The notes under the pieces were generated by a model. That model searched no databases and was not told the origin of the DNA. It saw only the letters and a list, made by a program, of their open reading frames with translations. Both the position numbers and the translations under genes were made by a program. Positions 36,528-47,720 of a stretch of DNA of 64,000 bases are shown piece by piece (position 1 is the stretch's first letter; every line of letters starts with the position of its first letter). The DNA is from Elephas maximus (taxonomy: Eukaryota): the NCBI RefSeq assembly GCF_024166365.1, contig NC_064841.1:46567680-46631679 (forward strand). The letters are read 5' to 3'.

Positions 36528-36660
36528 CCCACTCTTTTGTGGTGGAGTGGAATCCAACTGTACAGACCCTATGGGACAGAGTAGAGCTGCCCCATAGGGT
36601 TTCCAAGGAGTGGCTGATGATTTCCAAACTGCCATCATTTGGCTGGCAGCTGAGCACGCA
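36528..36660 (-). mobile_element. AfroSINE, partial (tRNA-like head missing), tandem to the next copy
   Basis: gtggtggagtggaatccaactgtacagaccctatgggacagagtagagctgccccatagggtttccaaggagtggctgatgatttccaaactgcc... Confidence 0.7.
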
Positions 36661-36666
36661 AACAAA

Positions 36667-36815
36667 AACAAACCCATTGCCGTGGAGTGGATTCCGACTC
36701 ATAGCAACCCTATAGGACAAGACAGAACTGCCCCACAAAGTTTCCAAGGAGTGCCTGGTGGATTCAAACTGCTGACCTCTGATTGGCAGCTGTACCACTT
36801 AACCACTAGGCCATT
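36667..36815 (-). mobile_element. AfroSINE (complete, minus orientation)
   Basis: aaacccattgccgtggagtggattccgactcatagcaaccctataggacaagacagaactgccccacaaagtttccaaggagtgcctggtggattcaaactgctgacc...cacttaaccactaggccatt. Confidence 0.85.
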
Positions 36816-37229
36816 ACTAAATAAATGATCCTGTCAAATGCAGTGTTAAGAATCTGCACATGCAAATATACATACTCAGGATGAACACCACACTTTGAAT
36901 ATTTTAATACATTTATTGCAATTCTGCATTCCAGACTCTAAAGAGCTTAAGCTCTAACACTTGGCTGCGCCTGTTTTCCCAGAAGCTGAACTCTACAGTG
37001 CTCTACTTCCATGAACCCATGGATGAGTCATACCGCATTCCTTGCACGTATTATTTTCAACTTCGGATCTCAACAAGCCCATAAATGTTTTCCCAACTAC
37101 TCATCATGACTAGGTCAGATTCCATTCCCTGATCATTCATCAAAACATTGTACCTTGTACAAGTTTCCTTTGAAATCTAACTTTCAGAAAGAACAGCCTC
37201 TTGGCATACTGGAAATAAAAGGCATTTCA

Positions 37230-37800
37230 TTTCTGCAGCAACCTGCCGGTTTCCCGAGGCAGGAGGAGTCCCCAGGCCGCCGGCCCGACCCGAGTACACC
37301 ACGGGTCTTGCAGGGCCCCGGCAGTTCCGAAGACGAACCGCGTCCTCGACTGTCCCATGAGTAATTAAAAAGCCAACACTCCCGGCGGACCCGCCAAGTG
37401 AACAGGCCCTTTAAACTGAAAGCTTTGAATGCCGGAAAGGACTACAAGGAAGTCGCACAGCACATGGAAGCAAAGCAGGATTCTTTCCAAACGGTGGAGC
37501 TGGACTCCCTTCGCCCTGCAGGAAGGGCCACCCAGAAAATGCTCCCGACTTCCCCAACCCTGGAAAGGACAATGGAGAACCCGCAGGCCACCCGCGGTCC
37601 TCACGCACCTGGCTGAGATCCGGGGGCTGCAGGTACTCGGGCTCCAGATCCTCTGCTATCCGGCTCTGACCTCAGCTGGCCGCTGGGCAGTCCCAGAGCT
37701 AGCGCAGGCAAAACCCCGCCCCGCGGCCTCTGAAGGCCTCGCCCGGCGCTCTGCACCCTGCAACTAAGCGCCCCTTGCGGGAATGAGAGAATGAGCAGCG
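37230..37800. promoter_or_regulatory. GC-rich CpG-island-like block with a GC box (ccccgcccc at ~37718)
   Basis: High G+C and many CpG dinucleotides relative to the AT-rich, CpG-poor flanks. No similarity to the repeats in the window. Confidence 0.45.
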
Positions 37801-38020
37801 GTATTTCCTTCCCAGCATCAGCCCAAGTGTCCAGATATTTTTCAGGATTTTTTTCCAGGAGGGATTTGGCCAAAGAGGCTACCTCTGAGACAAATACGGT
37901 TAACTCTGCTGGTGGAACAAGAGAGCTTTGGGTAAATAGGATCCACATCCTGCCAACCTGAAATAAGGTTAGAACAACCCATGAATTACTGCTTCCTCCT
38001 TAGTATTTTTCTAGTCCCTT

Positions 38021-38155
38021 GGAAACCCTGGTGGCAATTCCAATCCGCCAGATGCTCCTTGGAAACTTTATGGGGCAGTTCTACTCTGCCCTATAGGGTC
38101 GCTATGAGTCGGAATCGACTGGAGGGCAGTGGGTTTGGTTGGTTGGTTGGTTTTT
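38021..38155 (+). mobile_element. AfroSINE with an internal deletion of most of the tRNA-like region
   Basis: ggaaaccctggtggcaattccaatccgccagatgctccttggaaactttatggggcagttctactctgccctatagggtcgctatgagtcggaatcgactggagggcagtgggtttggttgg. Confidence 0.8.
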
Positions 38156-38332
38156 GAAGCAGGCAGAGGGTTATTGACCATCCCATAATAGTTGTTCTTC
38201 AGAAAAGTCTACTCTTGTTACATTTTTGTTGCAACTTTTACAACACCTCACCATGATTGGTTGATTCACCAGGTTTCCTCCCTTTTCCAGGCAGGGCAGG
38301 CACTTAAAATTTACCTACTCTGTGACCTTTCT

Positions 38333-38500
38333 GGAAACCCTGGTGGTGTAGTGGTTAAGTGCTACGGCTGTTAACTAAAAAGTTGGAGGTTCCAATCCGC
38401 CAGGCACTGGTTGGAAACTCTGGGGCAGTTCTACTCTGACTATAGGGTCGCTATAAGTCAGAATGGACTCGACATGAGGTTTTTTTTTTTTTTTTTTTTT
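38333..38500 (+). mobile_element. AfroSINE with a T21 tail
   Basis: ggaaaccctggtggtgtagtggttaagtgctacggctgttaactaaaaagttggaggttccaatccgccaggcactggttggaaactctggggcagttctactctgactatagggtcgctataagtcagaatggactcgacatgagg + poly(T). Confidence 0.9.
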
Positions 38501-39548
38501 AAATGACTTACCTTGCCTGCCAGTAGCAAGCCCTGGCCCCTTTTTTTTAAGGCTGTGCGTGTAGTATTTTTAAAGCCCTGTGCAAAAACTCATTCGCAAA
38601 AATTAGGTGGACCGCTCACACGCAGCAGGACTGAAGATTTGGCCCTCACTGTTCATGAATATGTATGTCACTCCCTGTATACGGAGCAAATCTGCCTTAC
38701 TTCAGGGAGCTGGCAGCCTTAGGTCTTGAGACCCTGCCTGCCTCCCAGTTTGCAAACTCTGAATAAAACTTTCTGTTCTTGCAACCCCAAATCTGGCTGA
38801 CTTCAGTTTGCTAGTCTGCTGGGCAAGAACCTATTAGTTGTTGGCTCCACCCTTTCCCTTTTACAGGCTCGCATTTGCAGAAAGACAAGGTGTGACCACT
38901 GTTTGACCTTCCTTAGCCCCTGAAGAGGGCAATGTATTGTGGGAAATCAGTATGCCTGTGCTATATCCCATAATGTGTGATGCCAAGGCCTGCTGAGAGG
39001 ACTCCATCTTGACTATCAGCAGATTCCATCTTGAATTCCAGATGCCCAGCAGCCTAATTAGTATGCACTGCCATTTCCACCTGTCAGTTAAAAGAAACCC
39101 ACTGGATATTCATTGTTCTATTGTTACCACCAAACTCATGTAAGCCCTAGCTTTGCTTCCCTTTTTGAGTCAGTCTTTTGAGCCACATGAGCCCCTGCTG
39201 GCTCCTCTTACTTGTCACAAGTAAAATAAACATGTTAGAGCCGAACCTAAAATTGTCTGTGTGTTCTTACAAGAGAAAGACAAGGACCCATTGAGTCCAG
39301 AGGGCCTCCATGCCCTCAGCAGTAACACCTCCAAAGTTTGAGTTTGGGAGAGGTGGGTGGATGACGCTGCCAAATAACTGAGGAATTGGGAAAATTCCCA
39401 GGGCTGGGGAAGGATCAAATTTCGTGAGGGTTTGGAGTTGGGAAAACTGTAGGGTAAGATTATGAGTTGAACTTAAAACTTACTGAAGTTTGAAGTTTGT
39501 ATTAGTGTTCACAAGTATTTGGAAATATGTATCTGCCAGTTGAAAGAG

Positions 39549-39705
39549 GTGGTGGCATAGTGGTTAAGTGCTACAGCTGCTAACCAAAGGGTGGGCAGTT
39601 CGAATCTGCCGGGCGCTCCTTGGAAACTCTATGGCGCAGTTCTATTCTGTTCTATAGGGTCGCTATGAGTCCGAATCCACTCGATGGCACTGGATTTGGT
39701 TTTAT
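39549..39705 (+). mobile_element. AfroSINE, 5'-truncated by ~8 bp, with a short TSD (A)GAGGTG
   Basis: gtggtggcatagtggttaagtgctacagctgctaaccaaagggtgggcagttcgaatctgccgggcgctccttggaaactctatggcgcag...gggtcgctatgagtccgaatccactcgatggcactggatttgg. Confidence 0.85.
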
Positions 39706-40984
39706 TCAAGAGAGGTGAGGGTTGGAGATACAGATTTGAGATTCATTAAATAGAGACTAAAGTAGTGGGAAAGAATCAGATCTCCCAGGCCCTGAATAAA
39801 ATGAGAAAAGAAGAAGACTATCTTGGCAAAGATCAATATAAACACGTGACGTTGTAATCCCAATACTCCCCAGCATGTTTTCTCCTTTTTTCAAAATGGG
39901 CAACTGAGAGCTTGACATAACTAATGCCATGAAGAACCAGTAAGTTTTTCTCCTTCCTCTGCCTGCCTCCTCCTTCTCATACCTCTGTTAAAGACTTTGT
40001 TTTGACCTAATGTTGATGACTTTGTTCTTTGTTTTAAACTGATGCAAATAACTTTGTTTTTTTCTGTTGGACCACCTGTGACTTACAACCCCCACAGGAA
40101 AATCACAGCCCAGGTATCTGATAAGTATCTCTTTAGTATAATAGAGTCTTTTGTCACTATCCTGTAATGCATAACTCCTCCTGCCAGGCCATCTCCAGAC
40201 TACAAAGGCACTTCTAATCCTCGTGAGATTCTATATAATCTCTAATGTAAAATTGTTCTTTGGAATTCCATAGAGACAGCCTGTGTTGCTGCTGGGCCCC
40301 CAGTGATGTGCACATCTCCTTAATAAACTTTCTCACTCTTTCTGACTTGGAGTATGTTTCATTGGCTCCACTGCTCCAGGGCACAGACCCTCATGAGGTA
40401 ACAATGTAAAAAACGGTATGCATTTGAATCCTGACTCCACAATTTACTACTGAGGTAAAGGTACTTTATGTAGGCCCTAATTTCAAAATTTCATCATTAG
40501 GACTTACTTTATAGGACTGTATAAGAATCATTTTAGGTGATGTCAACAAAAATGGTGCAGCACAGATCTCGCCTATTCCCAGAAACACCAAAAAAGCTAG
40601 TTAAACTGTCAGAATCAACCTTATTGAAACTCTAGAAGCTAGTCAAAGGTTTATAGCAACCAAGCCAAAGCTTAACCAGGAGAAAAACACTGAAACAGGT
40701 ATGAGATCTTTGTGGCAGTTTAACTAACCCTACTTCCCTTCCCCTCCCCAGAGCAGCCTCTGTGATTATGACCCAGTTTTGGAGCGAGCAGAACAGACCT
40801 TGTTCTTGAGGAATTGTGCTTGTCTGTTTTAACCTGTTTGTGGGTTCCCAGAGGTGAGGCAGAGCTCCCACGGTGCTGTATTCTTTACCTGACTTTCTCC
40901 CCTACAGTGTTGTATTGAAAAATCACTTCCTTTGCTGCCTCCTCACCGCCCCCCCCCCCCAGCTTTGTGTTTAAATCCTGTTTT

Positions 40985-41300
40985 TGCTTGGAGGCCATAT
41001 GTAAACCCCATTGTGCCTGCTTAGTATGATTAAGAATGTTGCTGACATGACTTGTATGAACTCCTTATTTGTAAACTCCTTTAGAAGTAACTTACCTGCC
41101 CACCCTTGGTGAGCAGTCTTGGCAGCAGCATCTCGGGCTGACTCCATTTCCTTGTACAATGACATAAAGGTACCTTTCTTGTTCTCCCACATAGGTCTCT
41201 CGTTTATTGGCCAATACAAGTCATGCCGAGTAAGAATCTGGGGTTTCCACACAGTAACAGAAGGACTGATGCAAGGGGCTTGCTTTTACTTGGAAGCCTC
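40985..41300 (-). mobile_element. Older-subfamily L1 3'UTR fragment (same family as 25190-25560 and 32215-32570)
   Basis: Its reverse complement is collinear with those copies (…ccaataaacgagagacctatgtgggag…ggaaatggagtcagcc…gctgctgcc…accaagggtgggcaggtaagttacttctaaagg…). Confidence 0.55.
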
Positions 41301-41854
41301 AAGGTAGAAAGGTCACTACATAGAGGGCATGACTTGAAAACATCCGCAGGCAAACGAAAAGGAGCAAGCCGCTGCTGCCTAGGGTAAAAAACAACAGTTG
41401 GATCAAACACTAAACCAAACACTAGACAGACCTAAAACCTGGCAGGGAAATGCTGGGAGGAAATGCTGAGAGAAAATTTGAGGGGGGAGGGGAGGATAAG
41501 GACTTTGAAAAGCTCCTGCATGTACTGCATTTTTACACAAATAATGCACACTTTCTGCTTTTTTTTCCAACCATACCCTCCCGCATAAGATATTTTTAAG
41601 TGTGTAATGCTAATCAAAATTGTGGTGAAACCCATGTGAAATTGTGCACTACGGATTAGTAAGTAAACACAATTTAGCTATGTGTACCTTGCTTACTGTA
41701 AGCCCATGCATACTTTGCTTACTCGTTAATGTGCCCAGGTCACATACAACAGATCTTCAATAAGATTAACAGCCAATTTCTCACCAGGAACCACAGAGGC
41801 CAGAAGGCAGTAGGATGCTATATTTAAAATGCTGGGGGGGGGGGGGGAGGGGAA

Positions 41855-42060
41855 CTGTCAGCCAAGAATTCTATATCTGTTACAAGTATTCATCAGAAAT
41901 GAAGGAGAAATTAAGACACTCAGATATAAGCAAAAGCCTAGGGACTTGTCACTAGTAGACCTGCTCTATGAGTAATGCTATAGGGAGTCTTTCAGGCTGA
42001 AATGAAAGAACACTAGATAGTAACTTGAAACCATACGGAGAAATAAAGAACACTGGTAAG
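41855..42060 (+). mobile_element. Old L1 ORF1 C-terminal fragment, preceded by a G14 run
   Basis: gccaagaattctatatctgttacaagtattcatcagaaatgaaggagaaattaagacactcagatataagcaaaagcctagggacttgtcactagtagacctgctc is collinear with L1 ORF1 …CLPRIIYPSKLSLKYEGEIKTIPDKHKLRELVKTKPKL…. Confidence 0.55.
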
Positions 42061-42291
42061 GGTAACTATGTACATAAATATAAAAGCAGATATTATTGTA
42101 TTTTTGGTTCCTCTTTTTATTTTTTCTATGATTTGAAAGACATCCATAAACCAATGGACAAATAATGTATAAATATGTAATTTGTGACTATAACAACATA
42201 AAAAGAGAGGTACAGAGATGTATAGGACTTCTTGTGTACTACAGAGTTTTTGTGTATTATTGAAGCTAACCAAAAACAACAACAAAAAAAA

Positions 42292-42422
42292 TCAAAACCC
42301 GTTGCCTTTGAGTCGATTCTGACTTATAGTCAGAGGGTTTCCAAGGGGGAGCTGGTGGATTTGAACTTCTGACCTTTTTGGTTAGCAGCCAAGCTCTTAA
42401 CTACTGGGCCACCAGGGCTCCT
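42292..42422 (-). mobile_element. AfroSINE-related short variant (central region deleted)
   Basis: aaaacccgttgcctttgagtcgattctgacttatagtcagagggtttccaagggggagctggtggatttgaacttctgacctttttggttagcagccaagctcttaactactgggccaccagggctcc. Confidence 0.7.
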
Positions 42423-42671
42423 ATTGAAACTAAAAAAAAAATAATAATTCTTTTTTCTTGGTATTAATTCAAATTAGATTGTCATAAATTTAGGATGTTA
42501 ACTGTAATCCTCACGGTAATAATTAAAAATACATACATAAAGAATAATGGGAAGGGAATCAAAATGGATGCAACAGCAACAAAAAAAAAAAGGCTGTAAT
42601 GGAGGAACTGAGGAACACAAAAGATATATAGAAAAAAATAGTGAAATGCAAACTAAATCTGTCCTTCCAAA

Positions 42672-42857
42672 AATAAAATAAACACACTGCTGTCGAGTCA
42701 GTTCCAAGTAATAGTGACCCCATAGGGTTTCCAAGGCTGTAAATCTCTACAGAAGCAAACTGCCACATGTTTCTCCTGTGGAGCCACTGGTGGTTTCGAA
42801 CTGTCGCCCATTCAGTTAGCGGTTGATCACTTTAACCACTGTGCCACCAGTGCTCCT
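42672..42857 (-). mobile_element. Divergent AfroSINE-family SINE with a ~45-bp extra internal segment
   Basis: Reverse complement: ggagcactggtggcacagtggttaaagtgatcaaccgctaactgaatgggcgacagttcgaaaccaccagtggctcc[acaggagaaacatgtggcagtttgcttctgtagagatttacagcc]ttggaaaccctatggggtcactattacttggaactgactcgacagcagtgtgttt. Confidence 0.7.
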
Positions 42858-44409
42858 TAGGTCTGTCCTTACCAGTGATCAATGATTATTTTAAATGTAA
42901 ATGGATTAAACTCTCCAAATAAAAGGCAGAGATGAGCAGAATAGATTTTCAAAAAAATCCATCTGTATGCACTCCTGAAAAGACTCACTTAAGATCAAAA
43001 GACACAAATAGGTAGAAAGTAAAAGGATGGAGAAGGGGAATCACATGAAAATAGTAACCAAAGAGAGCTAGGATGGCTTTACTAGTAATAGAAAAAAGTA
43101 TATATTTTAAGTCAAATTTGTTAAAAGATTAAAAAGACATTATGTATTGACAAAAAGGTTAATCATCAAGAAGATTTAGCAATTATAAACATATACAAAA
43201 CTTACAATATATGAAGCAAAAAATTGACAGAAATAAAGGGATAGAACAACCAGACAGAAGATCGATAAGGAAATAAGGACTTGAACAATACATAAACCAA
43301 CTAGACCTAATAGACACAAATAGAACACTACACCCAACAGTAAAATACACATTTTTCTGCACTGTACACGAATCATTCTCCATGATAGACCATATCTTAG
43401 TCCACAAGGCAATTCTTAATAAATTTTTTAAAATGAAACTATAAGAAGAATCTTTTCCAACCACAATGGTATGAAACCAGAAATAAATTACAGCAGTAAA
43501 ACTGGGAAGTTCACAGATATGTATAAATTAAACAACACACTCTTAAACAACCTGAGGCCAAAGAAGAAATCACTAGGGAAATTAGAAAATACTTTGAGAT
43601 GAATGAAAACAAAAATACAGCATACCAAACATGTGGGATGAAATAACGTGCTCAGAGGAAAATTTTTTTAGCTGCGAATACCTATATTAAAAGAGAAAGA
43701 TCTCAAATCAATAACCTAACTTTATACCTTGAGGATCTAAAAAAACAAGAGCAAATTAACCCAAAGTCATCACAAAAGGGAAATAATAAAGATTGGAACA
43801 GAAATGAATGAAATAGAAAAAAAAAAAAGAAAAATCGGCCAAGCCAAAAGTTGGTTCTTTGAAGGGATCCATAAAATTGATGAATATTTAAGCTAGATGG
43901 ACAGAAAAAAAAAAAAAGAAGAAGAAGACACAAATTACTAAAGTCAGGAATGAAAATGGAGACATGACTGCAGACTTTACAGAAATTAAAAGGAATATAC
44001 GAGAATACTATGAACAATTTTATGCCAACAAGTTAGATAACCTAGATGAAATGGACAAGTTCCTAGAAACACAGACTACAGCAAATGACTCATAGAATAT
44101 TTCAACAGACCCATGGTAAGTCAAGAGACTGAATCACTAATCAAAAAATTCCCGACAAAGAAAAGCCCAGAATCAGATGGCTTTACTGTTGAATCCTACC
44201 AAATATTCAAAGAAAAATTAACGCCAATACTTCTGAAACTTTTCCAAAAAACAGAAGAGAGAATATTTCCTAACTCATTCTACGAAGCCAGCATTACCCT
44301 AATACGAAAGGCAGACAAAGGCATCACAAGGAAAGAAAACCACAAAATAACATCCCTTGTAAACATAGATGCAAAAATCCTCAACAAAATACTTGCAAAC
44401 TGGACCTAA

Positions 44410-44571
44410 ACCCACTAAAAAACCCAGTGCCATAGAGTTGATTCTAACTCATAGCGACCCTATTGGACAGAGTAGAACTGCCTCATAGAGTTTCCAAGGA
44501 GTGCCTGGCGGATTCGAACTGCCAACCTTTTGGTTAGCAGCCATAGCACTTAGCCACTACACCTCTAGGAC
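44410..44571 (-). mobile_element. AfroSINE nested in the ancient L1
   Basis: aacccagtgccatagagttgattctaactcatagcgaccctattggacagagtagaactgcctcatagagtttccaaggagtgcctggcggattcgaactgccaaccttttggttagcagccatagcacttagccactacacctctagg. Confidence 0.9.
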
Positions 44572-44851
44572 CCAGCAGCATATTAAAAAGATTATACACC
44601 ACGACCAAGCATGATTAATCCCAGGAATGCACAGGTGGTTCACCATAAGAAAATTACTCAATGTAACACAACACATTAATAAAATGAAGGAATAAAATCA
44701 CATGATTATCTCAATTGATGCAGAAAAGGGATCTGACAAAATCCAAAACCCTTTAATGCTAAAAACCTTCAGAAAACTAGAAATAGAAGGCAAATTCATC
44801 ATGGCAATGAAGAGCATTTATGAAAAACCCACAGCTAACATTATAGTCAAT

Positions 44852-45014
44852 GGAGCCCTGGTGGCAGAGTGGTGAAGACCTCAGCTGTTAACCAAAAGGT
44901 TGACAGTTCAAATCCACCAGCCACAACTTAGAAACCCTATGGGGCAGTTCTACTCTGTCCTATAGGGTCGTTATGAGTCTAAATCGATTTGAAAGCACCA
45001 GGTTTGGTTTTTTC
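44852..45014 (+). mobile_element. AfroSINE nested in the ancient L1 (approximate TSD ATAgTCAATG / ATATCCAATG)
   Basis: ggagccctggtggcagagtggtgaagacctcagctgttaaccaaaaggttgacagttcaaatccaccagccacaacttagaaaccctatggggcagttctactctgtcctatagggtcgttatgagtctaaatcgatttgaaagcaccaggtttgg. Confidence 0.9.
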
Positions 45015-46387
45015 GGATATCATATCCAATGTGGAAAGACTGAAAGATTTCCCTGTAAGAAGAGAAACAAGACAAGGATTGCCACTTTTACCTTTACTAT
45101 GGAAATTCTAGCCAGAGCAAACAGGCAACAAAAAGAAATAAAAGACACCCAAATTGGAAAGGAAGAATTAAAGCTATCTCTATTTGCAGATGGCATTAAC
45201 TTATATACAGAAAACCCTAAAGAATTGAGGAAAAAGCTATTAGAACAAACAAGTGACTTCAGCAAAGTCAGAGGGTAAAAGATCAACATGCAAAAGTCAG
45301 TTGTGTTTCTATACACCAACAATGAACATTCTGGAAGAGAAATTGAGAAAGCAATTTAACTTACAATAACATGTAAAAGTGTAAAATACCTAGGAATAAA
45401 TTTAAGTGAGAAAGTGATAGACTTGTACATTGAAAACTATAAAGCATTACTTAAAGAAATTAAGGAAGGCCTAAATAAATAAAAAAGCATACTTTCTTCA
45501 CAGTTTGGAAGACTTAATAATGTTAAGATCGCAGTACTCCCCAATATAATCTACTGATTTAAAGAAATTCCTATTAAAATCTCAACGGCTTTTCTGCAGA
45601 AATGGAAAAGCTAATCCTAAAATTCATATGGAATTGAAAAGGACTCTGAGTAGCCAAAACAGTCTTGAAAAAAAAAAAAAACAAATTTGGATGACTCACA
45701 CTTCCCAATTTCAAAATGTGCTAAAAAGCTACAGTAATCAAAACAGGGTAATACTTGCATAAAGATAGACATTGATCAATGACATAAGATTGACAGTCTA
45801 AAATTCAACCCATACATCTATGGTCAATTGATTTTTGGCAAGGGTGCCAAGACTACTCAATGAGGAAAAGGTGGTCTCTTCAACAAATGGTGCTGGGACA
45901 AGTAGATAGCCACATGCAGAAGAATGAAGTTAGACTCTTACCTCTCGTGATATACAAAAATTAACTCAAAATGGATCAAAGACCTAAATATAAGAGTTAA
46001 AACTATGAATCTTTTAGAAGAAACCATAAGGGTAAATCTTCATGACCTTGCACTTGGCAATGGTTTATAGATGACACCGAAAGCACAAGGAACAAAAGAA
46101 AGAATAGATAAAGTGGACTTCACCAAATTAAAAATTCTTGTGCATCAGAACACATTGTAAAGAAAGTAAAAAGAAAACATTTAAAATAAGAGAAAATATT
46201 TGCAAATTATGTATCAGATAAAAATCTAGTATCCAGAATATATAAAGAACTACCACAACTCAACAACAAAAAGACAAATAATCCAACTAAAAAATGGGCA
46301 AAGGCTTGAATAGACAATTCTCCAAAGAAGATCTACAAATGGCCAACAAGCACATGAAAAGATGCTTAACATCATTGATCATTAAAA

Positions 46388-46546
46388 CCAAAAAACCAAA
46401 CCCACTGCCCTCCAGTCGATTCCGACTCATAGCAACCCTATAGGGCTGAGTAGAACTGCTGCATAGAGTTTCCAAGGAGCACCTGGAGGATTCAAACCTT
46501 TTGGTTAGCATCTGTAGCACTTAACCACTACGCCACCAGGGCTTCC
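46388..46546 (-). mobile_element. AfroSINE nested in the ancient L1 C-terminal region (diverged ~14-bp TSD catcattgatcatta / cattcgtcattagg)
   Basis: aaaaccaaacccactgccctccagtcgattccgactcatagcaaccctatagggctgagtagaactgctgcatagagtttccaaggagcacctggaggattcaaaccttttggttagcatctgtagcacttaaccactacgccaccagggcttcc. Confidence 0.9.
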
Positions 46547-46776
46547 CATTCGTCATTAGGTAAACGCAAATTAAAACTACTATGATGGCTATAGTTTTTT
46601 TTTTAAGAAAAGAAAAATAACAAGTGTTGGTGAGAATGTGTATAAATTGGAACCCTCATACATTGCTGGTGGGAATGTAAAATGGTACAGCTCTGTGGAA
46701 AACAGTGGAGGTTTTTCAATAAACTAAACATAGACTTTTCATATGACCCAGCAATTTCAGTCCTAGGTATTATTAT

Positions 46777-46960
46777 GGATTGAATTGTGTACCCAAAAAA
46801 TATATGGTCAAGTCCTAACCCCTGTATCTGTGGAAATAGGGTTAAATTAAATAAGGGCATACTGGAGTGGGATGGGTCCCAACCCTAAGCCTTCTGAGTG
46901 ATGTTTCGTAAAAGGAGAGGAAACAGAGTCACACAGGAGACACAGGTAAAGACACCATTT
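46777..46960. repeat. Unclassified interspersed repeat (family X), short copy
   Basis: ggattgaattgtgtacccaaaaaatatatggtcaagtcctaacccctgtatctgtggaaatagggttaaattaaataagggcatactggagtgggatgggtcccaaccc… is related to 48607-49100. From memory it resembles a repeat found in many mammalian genomes; I cannot name it. Confidence 0.4.
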
Positions 46961-47059
46961 AAAGATTCTTCTACAAATCACAAAGGATACCTACAATTGC
47001 CAGCAATCAACCGGGGATCAAAAAACAAAAAACAAAAAAGTTCCAAAACACAAAACTTG

Positions 47060-47720
47060 AATTTGCTGTGAGCCAGCCACTATGCTGAATCCACATGAAT
47101 GAAGTGATGTAAAGGCGTACCCTGCTGTAGCCTCTCACCATTTTGAGACTGATAGGGTTAACTGTGCTGGTGGAACAAAGAGCTGTTAAAAGATGACTAT
47201 CTAAAAGCTGGGTAAACAAGAACCTTACCCTGTCGACATGAGATAAAATTACTATCTCCTTCTTAGTGTTTTTTCTAGTCCTTTCCCCCTTTACTGGCTC
47301 CCGCATGTGCAGAAGAACAAAGTGTGACTGCTGTTTAACCTTCCTTAGCCCTCTGAAGATGGTGATCTAGCGCCAAAGATCAGTGTGCTTGCGCTATATC
47401 CCATAATAAGTGATGCCAAGGGCTGCCAAGAGGACTCCATCTTGAATAGCAGCAGGTTCCCATCTTGGATTCCAGATGCATGTGCAATCTAATTAACATG
47501 CACCACCATTCTGAGAAGTACCCACCCCTTGAAAGAAGTCCGCTAAATATGCATTGCTCTATTGTCTCCACTGAACCCGTATAAGCCCTAGCCTTGCTTC
47601 TGTTTTCGAGTCAGTGTTTTGGAGAGGCTTAGATTCCCGCTGACTCCTTTTACTTGACTCAAGCAAAAGAAAGCTTGCTGAAGATTAAGTTTGTCTTTCA
47701 CGTGTATTCTTACTCGGGAA
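47060..47720. repeat. Unclassified LTR-like interspersed repeat, copy 2
   Basis: See 37840-39250. Collinear blocks include …ccttccttagccctctgaagatggtg…gctatatcccataataagtgatgccaagg…ccatcttggattccagatgc…. Confidence 0.5.

Larger units (their letters stand above)
37840..39250. repeat. Unclassified LTR-like interspersed repeat, copy 1. It carries an ~830-bp internal insertion containing two AfroSINEs.
   Basis: About 80% identical in blocks to 47060-47720 (…ggttaactctgctggtggaac…ctagtccctt // tcccttttacaggctcgcatttgcagaaagacaaggtgtgaccactgtttgaccttccttagcccctgaagag…gctatatcccataat…ccatcttgaattccagatgc…gtaaaataaacatg). Confidence 0.5.
42880..46770 (+). mobile_element. Ancient L1 (L1M-like) ORF2 remnant (endonuclease, RT and C-terminal regions), interrupted by three AfroSINEs
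   Basis: Coding remnants include …[12 protein letters not shown]…, [89 protein letters not shown]. About 65-70% similar to young L1 ORF2. Confidence 0.8.
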
